64,000 bases of DNA from the human T2T-CHM13v2.0 reference genome, Homo sapiens, in NCBI RefSeq assembly GCF_009914755.1, contig NC_060932.1. One strand, given 5' to 3'. The notes under the pieces are model-generated. The model did no database searches. It was not told the origin of the DNA and saw only the letters and a list, made by a program, of their open reading frames with translations. A program made the translations under genes and the position numbers. Positions 41,654 to 59,561 of this stretch are shown here, piece by piece; within the stretch, counting starts at the first letter, position 1; each line of letters begins with the position of its first letter.

Positions 41654-42361
41654 TTCTTTTTTTTTTTTTATTATACTTTAAGTTTTAGGGTATATGTGCA
41701 CAACGTGCAGGTTAGTTACATATGTATACATGTGCCATGTTGGTGTGCTGCACCCAGTAACTCGTCATTTAACATTAGGTATATCTCCAAATGCTATCCC
41801 TGCCCCCTCCCCCCACCCTATAACAGGCCCCAGTGTGTAATGTTGCCCTTCCTGTGTCCATGTGTTCTCACTGTTCAGTTCCCACCTATGAGTGAGAACA
41901 TGTAGCGTTTGGTTTTCTGTCCTTGCAATAGTTTGCTGAGAATGATGGTTTCCAGTTTCATCCATGTCCCTACAAAGGACATGAACTCATCATTTTTTAT
42001 GGCTGCATAGTATTCCATGGTGTATATGTGCCACATTTTCTTAATCCAGTCTATCATTGTTGGACATTTGGGTTGGTTCCAAGTCTTTGCTATTGTGAAT
42101 AGTGCCGCAATAAACATACGTGTGCGTGTGTCTTTATAGCAGCATGATTTATAATCCTTTGGGTATATACCCAGTAATGGGATGGCCGGGTCAAATGGTA
42201 TTTCTAGTTCTAGATCCCTGAGGAATCGCCACACTGACTTCCACAATGGTTGAACCTGTTTATGGTCCCACCAACAGTGTAAAAGTGTTCCTATTTCTCC
42301 ACATCCTCTCCAGCACCTGTTGTTTCCTGACTTTTTAATGATCACTATTCTAACTGGTGTG
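41654..42361 (-). mobile_element. 5'-truncated young L1PA (PA3-like), ~710 bp
   Basis: Poly-T, caggttagttac and catttaacattagg diagnostics; open ORF2 C-terminus ([17 protein letters not shown]); TSD agctatttc at 41645-41653 and 42362-42370 with a TTTC/AA endonuclease site. Confidence 0.95.
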
Positions 42362-43259
42362 AGCTATTTCAAGCTGTCAAAATATTCTCCATAATTTGGA
42401 AACACTGTGAATCTTTGCAAACTCTTTGTATTCTGAAGTGAATGTCTGTACTTCATATATACAAACCTCAAATATACAAACCTTAATCTGCGGTTCTCAA
42501 CATTTTACTCATTCACCAAGGTTCAAACCATGAAAACTTTCAGCCAGAAGTAATAACCCAATTATCAAATACCAATATGCCTCTTTATTATGGTCCTTAT
42601 CACCTTTTTCCTTCTATAACTATTTGTGAAAAAGTCTTTTATTATTTCACATTTGTTAAATCTTTGAATCTAGGAATATTTCCTCTTGCATATTTATGCT
42701 TACACATAGAAAATATACATTTTCTATAAATGAATGTTTTAATACATTATATGCTTTAAATATGTTGTTTTAATTGGCATACCACCCTGAACCTTATTTG
42801 CAATAATGAGTTCAAGTTGAGCTATTTATCTGTATTTTTCATTAAAATTATTCTTTATAAAAACAGTTATATTGCTTTTTAGTAATATGAAGAGTCCAGC
42901 TTCCCTCACCCTAGGAGTGATGGTAAAATGAAAGTGAGTGTCACTTTTTACTTAATACATAGGAAATTACACCTCAATAGGCAGTATAGCACTCTGCACT
43001 TGACAATACTCAAATAAAAGTATGTAAAAAGTATTATCAGTAGTAAATAGCACCAACACACATTAGGTCTGCAGTACCAATGGACCCAGATAGATTGATG
43101 ATGCATATGACCTGAGCATTCCCCAAACTATCCACTATCATAAGATACCCCTGTTCCTAGGCAACAACATTTCTCATATTTGTCCCTAACATGTGGTTCT
43201 CTGCATTACTGATGAACCTGAAATGTTATATGCATATTAGTCATTTCCATTTCCCCTTT

Positions 43260-44260
43260 GATTGACTAAAATAAAGACATTCTCAGATATGCCAGTATTA
43301 CTAAAAACTGAACTTAATGCATACTTTCTTAGTATGATATTGGGGGACTCATTAACCAAAAACCGAATGAATGAATCAATGAAAACAGAAATACAGGGGA
43401 CCCAAGGATCATGGGATCTTACTCAAGAGAATAGAAAAGGAGGTGCTCAGCATGTTGCTAAAGGTAAGGACCAGGCCTATAAATGGGCAGCAGAGTTAGC
43501 AATCAATCCAAACAAGGAGACCAAGGGTGCAAGGCAGGTCTCTCCCAAATACACAGGTGGATATATGCCCTGAGGTACTTTAGCATTAAAGGAAATTTTG
43601 CCTACTCCTGGGGGTAAATTAATGATAGATTCATAGAAAAAAAGCTAATGAATAAATGAGGTATACATTTACTTCAATTGGTTAAAAAAAAAAGCTATGC
43701 TCTGATTACAAATATAATCCATGCAGCTCAAAATTAGATAGCCTACACAGTCACAATAATCAATCAAGACTAAAGTTGAATTAGTAAGTCACCATAGGGT
43801 CTGATGAAAAATAAAGAACAAAAAAAACAATAAAAATTTTTATTTGTACCATAGTGTGAAATTGTGGCTATATATATGTGTTTGTTTTTGTTTGCATTTA
43901 TTATTTGTTACTTTTTATTTTTGTTTTTACTTTATTAATATCTTAAATTTTAAGTGTATGATACAGTATTGTTAACTATGATCAAGAATGTGGTGTGCTT
44001 GTTTATAATGTGTGTGAACAAATGGTTAGGTATATGGAGGAAGACAAGAAAACAAACACTCCTCTTGCATTGTAAAAAGACAATAAAACCTAATCTACAA
44101 AAAAGCTATGGAATAAATATATTATTTATTTATACTTTCATAAATTTGGAAGTAAATGTCAGAAGAAACAACTAAAGATTTGAAGGTGACTGCCTTTGAG
44201 CATAGGGAAGGTAGGCTGCTATTTTAGTTTAGTATTTTGGGATTATTTCTAAAATGTTGT
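43260..44260 (+). mobile_element. Ancient L1ME fragment (end of ORF1 onward)
   Basis: aaaataaagacattctcagatatg (KIKTFSDM) is the old-L1 ORF1 C-terminal motif. Confidence 0.55.
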
Positions 44261-44269
44261 AAGCACCTG

Positions 44270-47200
44270 TGCAGTGATTCATCTGAGATAATTCTATGAG
44301 CCTTGGTATAAAGGTCCAATTCTCCAGAGGAGATTTGCGTTTGTTCAAAGTGTTTGAAACCTAAGACCTCATTAAGTTACTTTCCTAGGTTGGATGTTTT
44401 TTGATACCACCTATGTAGAGGGAATTTAAACTCCAGTTTCACACGAGGGCAGCTTATACTCATGAATTCTCAGGAGTGACTTTCATTCTACAAACAAGTG
44501 ACAAAGCTGTGGCAAATTTGCTAAACATCTCTTTTTACAGAATAGATTATTTTTAGTTTCTTTGACACTGAGATTGCAGACCTTCAGAGGTCTTTCAGTG
44601 GGGTTATTATTCTGTTTTTCTCTCTTGCACAAACACTAGATTTTAGTTGTTTTCATTGTTGCAACCACTAAAACTCCAGTTTTTTAAGGCAGATGCCCTT
44701 AGGGCAGCTACAGATTCAACACACTCTTACTAAACTGAACCGATGCTTCTGTCTTATTCTTCTCCTCTGAGGCGTGTGCTTACTTTCTCCACTTAGCTAT
44801 GTATTTTAAAAAGCTATTTTTAAACATTTTATTAGCATTTAAAGTATTTTTATAACAAATTTATTGATATGATGCACATATTATCTAGTATTTTAATTGG
44901 TTTATTACAGGAATATTTGCAGAATATTTAATTTCATTAATTGTTGGAAATAGGAGACTTTAGTGTTGGATTATTTTCTTCTATGTATTTTCTCTCCTCT
45001 TCATTTTTTCTAGATTTGTCTGAAATACAACTGCCAACATTGATCCTCTAAATTCCTATCTCTTCCCTATTTTTTTTCTTCTCCTTTTCTTTTTAAACCT
45101 ATCTCTTGGATTTCTTCAGCTTTTTTCTACACTCTTTCTACTCTTTTTTTTCTGCTCCCATAATTTTGATTCCAAGAATGCTTTCTTGTTTCTGAATGTT
45201 CCTTTTTAGATCATTCTATTTGTACTTCATATATGCAATATCATCTCTTATATTTCTAAGAATGTTATAACCTCTGGAAGTTTTAAAAAATTTTAGCTTG
45301 CTTTGTTTGCTATCTTTCTTTGATATAAGAGGCTGTTTGAAAGATCTATGGGTATATGGTTATTCATTCACGTTTAAGTGTGAAAACCTTGAGTGAAAGA
45401 ATGTGGTTTTGCTAACTTGGAAGTGGTAGTGTTAGTGCTTTAGAAAAGTATGGCAGAGCAATGTGTCTTGCCATTTTCTATTAAAAATAAGTAATTCCAT
45501 TACCTGAATATTAAACTGTTTAGTTTCTCCATAGAGGAATCTTCCACTCTCTTGCCTAAATGCATAGGTCTGGTTGACAGCTTCTAGATGATGAGTAGGA
45601 GAAGTGATCCACAGTCTTGTTATATACTATGAATGTAGACATGTACTTAACTTGTCTGCTTTCAATAAGGAGACTCAATCATTGCCCTTTATTGTGACTG
45701 ACATTTTAAATGAAGAATCTTCTTTTCAATTTCTCCATAGTATAAACCTTTCTTGTATTTTCAGGGTAGGATAATAGTAGTCACTTGGCTATTCAAAATG
45801 GAAAAGGCAATCTAAAATTGTCAACATATCATTCTATTTTCAGCCCTACTTTTTCCCAGTGCCCACTACACAGAAGTAACCAGGGCCTAGACTGTTGGAT
45901 ATTGTAGATAGGACAAGCAAATATTCTTCTTGTCAGTTTCCCCCTTTGCCACACACGTGTTTTAGCATTCCTAGCTTAAAGTCAGCGACCACTTTCTCAA
46001 TTACTGTCATCCTCCAAAATTATGTTAACATGGCTCATCTAGCGGTGTGTTTTCTCCCATTCTCTTTGTTGCTGTGCACTTATACCACTGCTATTCGTTC
46101 AATATTATTTTAGTATAATTTTGCAAAAGATTAGAAGGCAAACATTTAATCAATCCACAGTGTTTAACTGGGAGTATACAAACTAATTTTCATTTCTCTA
46201 GTGGTCACATGTAGCTATTTAAGACCCATATTTGTGGTGTTTAGGTTTCTGGATTATTTCACTTAGCATGTTCTCATTCATATGTGGAGGATAAAAGAAG
46301 TTGATCTCATAGAAGTATAACAGAAAAAGTAAAACAGAAGATACTAGGGTTTGGGAAGGGTAAGGGTAAGGGGGCTAGGAATAGGGTTAGATTTGTTAAA
46401 GGATACAAAGTTACAGCTAAATTGGAGGAAAAATTTCCAGTGTTCTATAGCACTGTAGGATGACTATAGTTAAAAATAACTTATTAAATAGTTTCAAATA
46501 GGTAGGAGAAGGATATTGTGTTCCCAACACAAATAAATGATACATGTTCAAGATGATGGATATGCTAATTATCCTAATCTGAGCATCATACATTATATGT
46601 ATCAAAACATCACTATGTACTGCTAAATATGTAAAACTACTGTATGCCAATTACAAAATACCCATATTTATGGTTATTTATCCTTGCCAAATTTTTAAGC
46701 TTATTACTATCCGTATTGTCTATGAGACCACAAGAATCCCAACAAACTCCCACCTCCCTCTGGTCCTCTACTATCCTCTTCACCTCCTGCTGCCACCTCC
46801 CACACACACGTATTGATATCACTCATGAGTTTTAATTCTGGATCATTACCATTTATGTGGTTGGAGAGTGAATCAGAGGTAGAGAGATGGCAAATCCTTA
46901 GCAGAAATTTGCTTTTGCTTAGTTATTAACTCACTCTTCCTTCAATTAGCTAGTGATGTCCTCCTGGATTTATGGCTCTTTTTGAGTATTTCTTTAATGA
47001 GTATTCCAAAGAAGAATTTTGTGTGATAAAACAACTAATTTTAAAAAAAAAATAAATGAGTGTCTTTATTTCAGGCTTGCATTTGAATAATATTCCAGAA
47101 ATATATGTAAAATTGCAAGTTTGAATTTTTTATCAAAATTCTTTCAAATCTTACTTTGTTTTCTTCTTCCATTCTGTTCCCCTCACACTGTTCTTATGAC

Positions 47201-47790
47201 AGTGATGCTGCTGAAAAATCTAAGTCAATGTACAGCTTGTTCCCTCATTATTTTTTTCTTTTATGGGATCTTCATGATAATTTTTGGCTTTGAAGTTTAT
47301 AAGACATTGAATTTAGATATGAATGTTTTGATGTATTTGAACTAAATTTTTTTTAAATTCTCTCATTGTTTATATATTCCATGAGCTTGGGAAAGTTTAA
47401 AATAATGACTTCTTCTAATATTTCTCCTTTTTGTATTTTTCTTTTTCCTACTTGTTTGGTTGGTTGACACTTGTATTTCAAATCTCCACTTTTTTTTAAC
47501 TTTTATTTTGCATTTTTTTACTTGGTGACCTCCTCCTAATGCCCTCTTTCAAGAGTTCCTCAGTCTGATCTTTTAACTCCTGAATTCACTTTTTTGTTGA
47601 ACTATACTGTTAATGAATTCCTCTGCTGACTTATTTACAACTTTTGTATGCAATACCTCAAGTTGATTATTTTAATGACTTCCTGGTCCTGCTTTGTTTT
47701 TCTGTTATCTTTTTTAGTCATTGAGGGCATTTATTATGCATATTTAAAAATCTTACTCTCTGAGATCCATTAATTTTGTGTAATGTCATA
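44270..47790 (-). mobile_element. Patchwork of ancient antisense L1ME fragments
   Basis: T-rich degenerate L1 ORF1/5' phrasing, e.g. gtctttatttc...catttgaataat...ctgctgaaaaatct. Confidence 0.45.
46239..46659 (+). mobile_element. L1MA3-like 3' end with short 5' inversion
   Basis: gatttgttaaaggatacaaa...gttctatagcactgtaggatgactatagtt; TSD acccatattt(g/a)tggt at 46224-46238 and 46660-46674. Confidence 0.85.
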
Positions 47791-48549
47791 TAATTTTAAG
47801 GAGAGAAAAGTAAGCCTCAGGGCAGTTTCTGGTGTTAACTACAGGCAAACCTCACCCCATTTCTACCCTCTTCTACTAGGTAATATTCTCTCAGGTAACT
47901 GCCCTTGATCTCCAATTCTTTGTTCTCTTCCAATAGTTGCTCTTCTGGATTTTAAAAATGTAATCTTTATAATGAGTAGAGAGAAGGAGGGAACACTTCC
48001 TCTTGGCCCCTCTGCCAGGTACTAAGTTGCCAAGGTTTACCTACAAAACTGGGAACTGTCACAAGGCTTGCAATGTGGACACAAGCGAAAGAACAAGAGC
48101 AAACTCTTCCCCACTAGCCTTTTGCTTTTCCTAGGAATCCAGCTCTCTTCATTCCCTCTTCACACTCTTAGCAGCTACCTTTGGCTTCTACAAATTTATC
48201 TCCATTCAATTCTCATGTTAGCTTGCAGGATATGTCAAATTCACCAACATTTCTTTAATATCCTCAGCATTATATTCAGAGAAGTGACTCAGCAAAAGCC
48301 TATGCTATTTGGCCATTTGTCTATGATTAAAAATGTAAATTTACATCACAGTCACTCTATATGCCAAATGATTATTTCAGACAAAGAGTGCTATAGAATT
48401 AAAAACCTAAAAGAAGTAGGATTAGCATACAATCTACATAATGCCCAATATGTCAAACTCATATCCAAAAGAGCTACAAAATAAATACATAAATAAAGAA
48501 ACAGACAAACAAATGCAGGATAGGAGACTCCCTAATACTTAAAAATAAC

Positions 48550-50090
48550 TGAGAGGGCCCCAGCCAACCACATTCCTACCATGGGCTCATAATTCTAGCC
48601 ACGGGGTAGCCCCTCAACCTTCATGGGCCCTGAGACTAACATAGAGAGCCCCCTTGAAAACACACTAAGGCATTGCTGCAGAGAAGAAGCTGACACTGGG
48701 TCCCCAAAATCCTTGAGTCCTTAGTAACAGCACAATGCCCCAGTGGTGGGACAGGAGCTCAGCCCCCACCATTCTGTGTCCTGCCCTGCAACCAGGGCTG
48801 AGACAGGAGCCATGGACAGCCATCCCACACGCTAACACCCACTATTGCAGAAGGGCAGCCATGCATTTTTATGCATGCAGAGGACAAATTCCACTCTACA
48901 CAACCAGTGCAGACTGCCCATCTCCCTCACCCGCCCCTCCAGCTTCCTGCCTACAGCTGATCCCAGGAAAAGCAACTCTGCCCTTCATAGGAGCAGGGCC
49001 ACAGCACAGCCACTGCCATCTCCACCTGAGCATTCCACCAGGGACCTAGGGCTCACCCTGCTTCTGCATACCAAGGCCAGCCTCTATATACACCACCAGG
49101 GGACCTGAGGGCGTAGTCTGGCCTGGTTCTACGCTTCCAATAGTAGCCAAGTACACCATCCACAGGCCTAGGGTTATTTACCTGTGACACCTGAGCATTC
49201 CCCCTGGAGTGTAAGATCAGACCCACTAAACCTGCTACTACCATTGCAGCTGGTATTCACCCACGTGCACCATGTGTGCACCTGGGGATAGGTCAGCCCA
49301 ACCCATTGTAGTCACCACCAACACCAGCATGGACCACTTGGGTTTCAGGAAGCTTTCTCACCACTGCTACTGCCATCACTCACATTATGCCCACTGTCCA
49401 GGGGCTCAAGCCCAGCCCACTAATGTCATTCCAGGCACCTGCGCAAGCTACTTGGAAGCTCGGAAATTGGATGACATGGACCTACTAATACCAGGGCCAG
49501 CATATGCTGCCATGTGACCCAAGAACAGGTACACTGAGCTCAATGCTGCCACCACTGAGGCCCAAAGGCTGGCCAATCTGGTGACCTAGTTCCAAGAAAA
49601 ACCTCACCACTGCCTCCTCTAACAACTGCACCCCAAGCCACCAGTTAAGTCACAGACACCACTGACGCTCTTTATAGCCAAAAAAGTAATACAGAGACTA
49701 CACTATTGTACCAAATATCAAAGCCAAAGTGTCCTATCTAACCAGCATAATAGATGCATCTTCAGGAAAAACTTTTCCCCTATGACAGCAAATTCAAAAA
49801 ACTGAACAAAGTGACTGTTATGCCAAATGTGCAGATATCAAAGTAAGAACACAGGAAACATGAAAAAGCAAGAAAATATGACATCTCCAAAGGAACACAA
49901 TGATCCTCCAGCAACAGATCCCAATCAAAAAGAAACCCTGTAAAAAGATTGAAACTTTGATACTAAAGATGCTCAGTGAAATAAAAAGCATTTGGGAAAA
50001 CAACACAAAAATTCAGAAAAACAATTTGGGATATTAATGAATTTACTAAAGAAATAAATATAAAAAAGAACCACGAAACCGAGAACCACA
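48550..50090 (+). mobile_element. L1M1/L1M2-type 5'UTR and start of ORF1
   Basis: C-rich 5'UTR with repeated gggacct/cccac motifs, then gaaacatgaaaaagcaagaaaatatgacatctccaaaggaacacaat. Confidence 0.75.
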
Positions 50091-50104
50091 AAAAGTGCCA
50101 CCAA

Positions 50105-55187
<5,083 letters not shown>

Positions 55188-55959
55188 CAGTTAGGCAGAT
55201 TTTTTTCCTCCAAAATGATTATATTAAAATATTTTACATACTCTCACAATGCAAAATCTAGACAGATTAGTATTTACTACCAATTAAAATGAGTATAGTC
55301 TAAAACACATCTGAAGAGGAAGTTACCACTTTTACAGTTTCCCTCATAACAGGTAAAGTACATTCAGATTAGTAGATGTTTATTTAGAATGGCCAGAAAA
55401 TGTCCTGCACTTTAAGCAGAGTCTAAAAATGTACACCATTTAATAAGTAAAAAAAAAAATGTGGGAAGAGATGCAGTCTACAAACAGAAGCATCTGTATG
55501 GGTTGAAAGTTTATGGAAACATTCACAGATATCAGTGCCCACGTCAAGGTTTGGGATTTTAAACATTGACAGACAGCCTGAATTACAGATTATGACAAAA
55601 TCCTAAATTTTGTAACAAATTGTGTCATATCTGTAGGTGATTAGAAATCAGTTGAAATAACATCATAGTTTTTCTTCCTTTATTCAATTTACAATGAAAA
55701 AATATTCTATACACACATACTTTAATTGTTCTGGCATTGTCACAATAAAAATACTGTGAGTTTTAATCTGCACAAGTGAATAAGAACATTTTATATTTGG
55801 GGAAAAAGAAAGAGAAAATTGTTTTTAAAGGAGTAAAACTGCTTTTGCTGTCATTGAAAGGCTACTGATAGTTTCATTAATGGCACTTAGAAATATCTGT
55901 TGTTAGACTCTGTAAATTTTGTTAGCAAAAGAGGTGTTATCTTTTCTCCTCATCTCTGA

Positions 55960-56200
55960 CTTCCCTGTATAAAATAATATTCCATCACTCTTTATCCCCT
56001 CTTGCCCTTTATTTTCTTTATTGCATTCATCACCAGCTCCCAAACTGTCTGCTGTCTTCTTTCCTACCCCTACCACTCCTCTGCCAAAAGTATAATCTTT
56101 CAGATGATGGAGAGGTGGTCTGCTTTGCTCAACATCAAATCTCAGCACCTTAGAACAGTGTGGTTCCAGTAGGTGCTTAATAAATAGTAAATGAATGAGT
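55960..56200 (+). mobile_element. L2 3' fragment
   Basis: cagcaccttagaacagtg...agtaggtgcttaataaatagtaaatgaatgagt. Confidence 0.6.
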
Positions 56201-57235
56201 AGAAAAATTAGAACTAGAAAATTTAAAGGGCCTTTTAAAAAAAATTAAAGGTGTAGAGACTTGCAATTGAGTAATCCAAGATATAATAATAATGGAATTG
56301 AAATCTGCAATTTTTCACTATGACTTTGCACAAACTATTGAGCATCAGTACCACAATTAACTTCCTGTCCATTCATCATCATACTGTGCTATTTATATGG
56401 CTGAAATATGTAGTACAAGGCAATATATTTAGGTAACTATTAAGATGATTTTTGTTCCAGAAGGATAGACTGACAGAAATAGTAATATAAGTCAAACTCT
56501 GATCTGTATAGTATGAGCATAAATCCAGTAACTGGATTAGTTTACTAAGGTAGAAATGGTGCAGATCAAGGTAAAAAATGATTACATTCTCACGGACCTT
56601 ACACTTTAAGCAGTGTTAAGAAAAACATGTAAGCTCCTAAAGCCTCTCTGATTTACTTTGAATTATGCGTCTAACTTTGTTTCCACCATTATTTTTCCTC
56701 TGGTGGATCATTGTGGGATTAAATCCAACAAGTTCGAGTGATAAGTAATTTTCCCAAAAAGAGCGTAGCCTCATAGCTGCTTGCTTTAAAAGACTTATGT
56801 TGACATTTGTGGAGAATTCTCTTAAAAGGGAAATCATAAAGTACAATACAGTTTTTAATAAACAGTGAGCAAAAAAATGCTCCAGACAGTATCAGTTCTG
56901 TAAATGTGATGAATATCATACTTATTCTGAACAGGAGGCATCTCACAAGAGCTATCTAGAAACTAAGGCTCCCTTCATTTAGGACTACATCTCTTATCTG
57001 AGGTCTCAGAGGGAGTTTTTAGGGCAGATGGAATTAATCAATCAAGGAACCAAAAACTATTAAGCCAGCAAAAGACAAATATAATTATGGTAATTAAAGT
57101 GTCAAAAATAAGATTTCTTCAACTCTCTTTCATTCTATTCCACATAGTAGATATTTGAATTGTATCATGGCACAGTTTTTCAGGCTTTCGTGATCAATTC
57201 CTTACTCAGTTGGAAGTATAAACCTCAAGAACTAC

Positions 57236-58514
57236 TGTGTCTGGAATTGGTGGGTTCTTGGTCTCACTGACTTTAAGAATGAAGCCGCGAACCCTCGTGG
57301 TGAGTGTTACAGTTCTTAAAGGCAGCGTGTCTGGAGTTTGTTCCTTCTAATGTTCAGATGTGTTTGGAGTTTCTTCCTTCTGGTGGGTTCGTGGTCTCGC
57401 TGGCTCAGGAATAAAGCTGCAGACCTTCACCGTGAGTGTTACAGCTCTTAAGGCGGCGTGTCTGGAGTTGCTCATTCCTCCCGGTGGCCTCGTGGTCTCT
57501 CTCGTTTCAGGAGTGAAGCTGCAGTGAGTGTTACAGCTCATAAAGGCAGTGTGGACCCAAAGAGTGAGCAGTAGCAAGATTTATTGCAAAGAGCGAAAGA
57601 ACAAAGCTTCCACAGTGTGAAAGAGGAACCAAGCGGGTTGCCACTGCTGGCTGGGGCAGCCTGCTTTTATTCTCTTATCTGGCCCCACCCACATCCTACT
57701 GATTGGTAGAGCCGGGTTTTGACAGTGCGCTGATTGGTGTGTTTACAATCCCTGAGCTAGACACAAAGGTTCTCCATGTCCCCACCAGATTAGCTAGATA
57801 CAGAGTGTCAATTGGTGCATTCACAAACCCTGAGCTAGACACAGGGTGCTGATTGGTGTGTTTACAAATCTTGAGCTAGATACAGAGTGCCAATTGGTGT
57901 ATTTACAATCCCTGACCTAGAGGTAAAGGTTCTCTACGTCCCCACCAGACTCAGGAGCCCAGCTGGCTTCACCCAGTGGATCCCGCAAGGGGGCTGCAGG
58001 TGGAGCTGCCTGCCAGTTCCACGCCCTGCGCCCACACTCCTCAGCCCTTGGGTGGTTGATGGGACTGGGCACCGTGGAGCAGAGGGCGGCGCTCATCGGG
58101 GAGGCTCCGGCCGGCCGCACAGGAGCCCATGGAGGGGGTGGCAGGCTCAGGCATGGCGGGCTGCAGGTGCTGAGCCCTGCCCCGTGGACCCGGGTGCTAA
58201 GGCCCTCGTTCCCCGGGCCAGCAGGGCGGGCCGGCTGCTTCCAGTGCGGGGCCCGCCAAGCCCATGCCCACCCAGAACTCCAGCTGGCCCGCAAGCGCCG
58301 CACGCAGCCCGGGTTCCCACTCACGCCTCTCCCTCCACACCTCCCTGCAAGCTGAAGGAGCTGGCTCCGGCCTTGGCCAGCCCAGAAAAGGGCTCCCACA
58401 GTGCAGCGGTGGGCTGAAGGGCTCCTCAAGTGCCGCCAAAGTGGGAGCCCAGGCAGAGGAGGAGCCGAGAGCGAGCGAGGGCTGTGAGGACTGCCAGCAC
58501 GCTGTCACCTCTCA
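57236..58514 (-). mobile_element. LTR12 (C/D-like) solo LTR of ERV9
   Basis: Minus strand tgagaggtgacagcgtgctggcagtcc...ccaattccagacaca; U5 repeats gtgagtgttacag; 4 bp TSD ctac at 57232-57235 and 58515-58518. Confidence 0.96.
57640..57900 (-). promoter_or_regulatory. LTR12 U3 core promoter (NF-Y CCAAT cluster, CACCC, GATA, AATAAAA TATA-like box)
   Basis: Five ATTGG at 57702, 57733, 57811, 57852, 57893; ccccaccc 57683; cttatct 57674; ttttatt 57665. Activity not shown by sequence alone. Confidence 0.65.
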
Positions 58515-59561
58515 CTACTTTAGTCTCAAAATATACTTATTGACTACCAGGAGCACAAGTTACAGAGTAATTTTCAAATACTTGCTTTTCCAAGAGAGAT
58601 GAGATCCACATCTTTACAAGGTGATTTTTATGATGCAGCCTTGAATGCCAGGGTTCAGGATACAGTAGGAACGCTCTTTGTGCATATGTTTTACTGATGA
58701 TGCTATTATATGTATTTGATAATAAATAAGAGATGAATTCCACTGAGTAAGGAACTACTGTCCAGTGGGACACAGGTGTCTACGTTCCTCGTTACTGGCA
58801 CATGATGCCTTGTGAACTGTTGCTACCATCTGATATTGTTTAATCCCACAGGGTTTCAATACAATTTTTTCAAGGCCAGAATTTAATTAGAAGATAGAAA
58901 AATAAGAAGATCAAAGAAGTTAGACCCGACCTTTGTAAACAATGTAGAAGATCCTAATACTATGATGCTATTTATTCACTGGTTATCTACAAGTTGGATA
59001 AGATCATGTACCCATCCATAGAAGCTTTGCTGAAATAATTTAATCAGGGCCACTTCTAGTTCTCTGTTTGGCATAGACTTCACAGCCATAAGAGTTTATG
59101 GTAAAGATTTAGACTTCTTTTGAGAATATGTCATGATGAATGTTAGCCAATTTGACCTCAAAATCTGTTTACTACTCCTTAAAAGTAAATTAGGAATGCA
59201 AGACTTGCTGTCCTTTGAATTTTACTGATCAGTTTATGTATCTCACCTGTGAAGTGAATCTGTCAGTTGCTGGCCATTAAAACAGGCAATCCACATTCAC
59301 GAATAAAATCATTTCAATTCTTCGTATTGATGTAATTGAATCTGCTTTGCTGACAGACTCGGTTAGTATAAAAATAAGCATATAATTGGTAGACAACATT
59401 GATATCAATTATCTTTACCCCAGTACAAAAGAAATTGAATTTCTCATAAGACATAGTCTCTATTTCCATGGGACATAAAATAGGTCATGTGAGCATAACA
59501 GGGAAGATAATCTGTAAGACCACTAGGCAACCTCCTAGAGCTTGTTACAGATTTTTACATG

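Noticed and set aside
48068-48484. 138 aa ORF outside obvious young repeats
   Set aside because: Non-ATG start, no recognisable domain, composition typical of AT-rich non-coding DNA.
57300-57545. Repeated gtgagtgttacag units resembling an array
   Set aside because: Normal U5 tandem repeats of LTR12.
57887-58602. Cluster of overlapping 100-176 aa ORFs and a CpG-island-like stretch
   Set aside because: Lies in the GC-rich U3 of LTR12, where stop codons are scarce; not a host gene or host CpG island.
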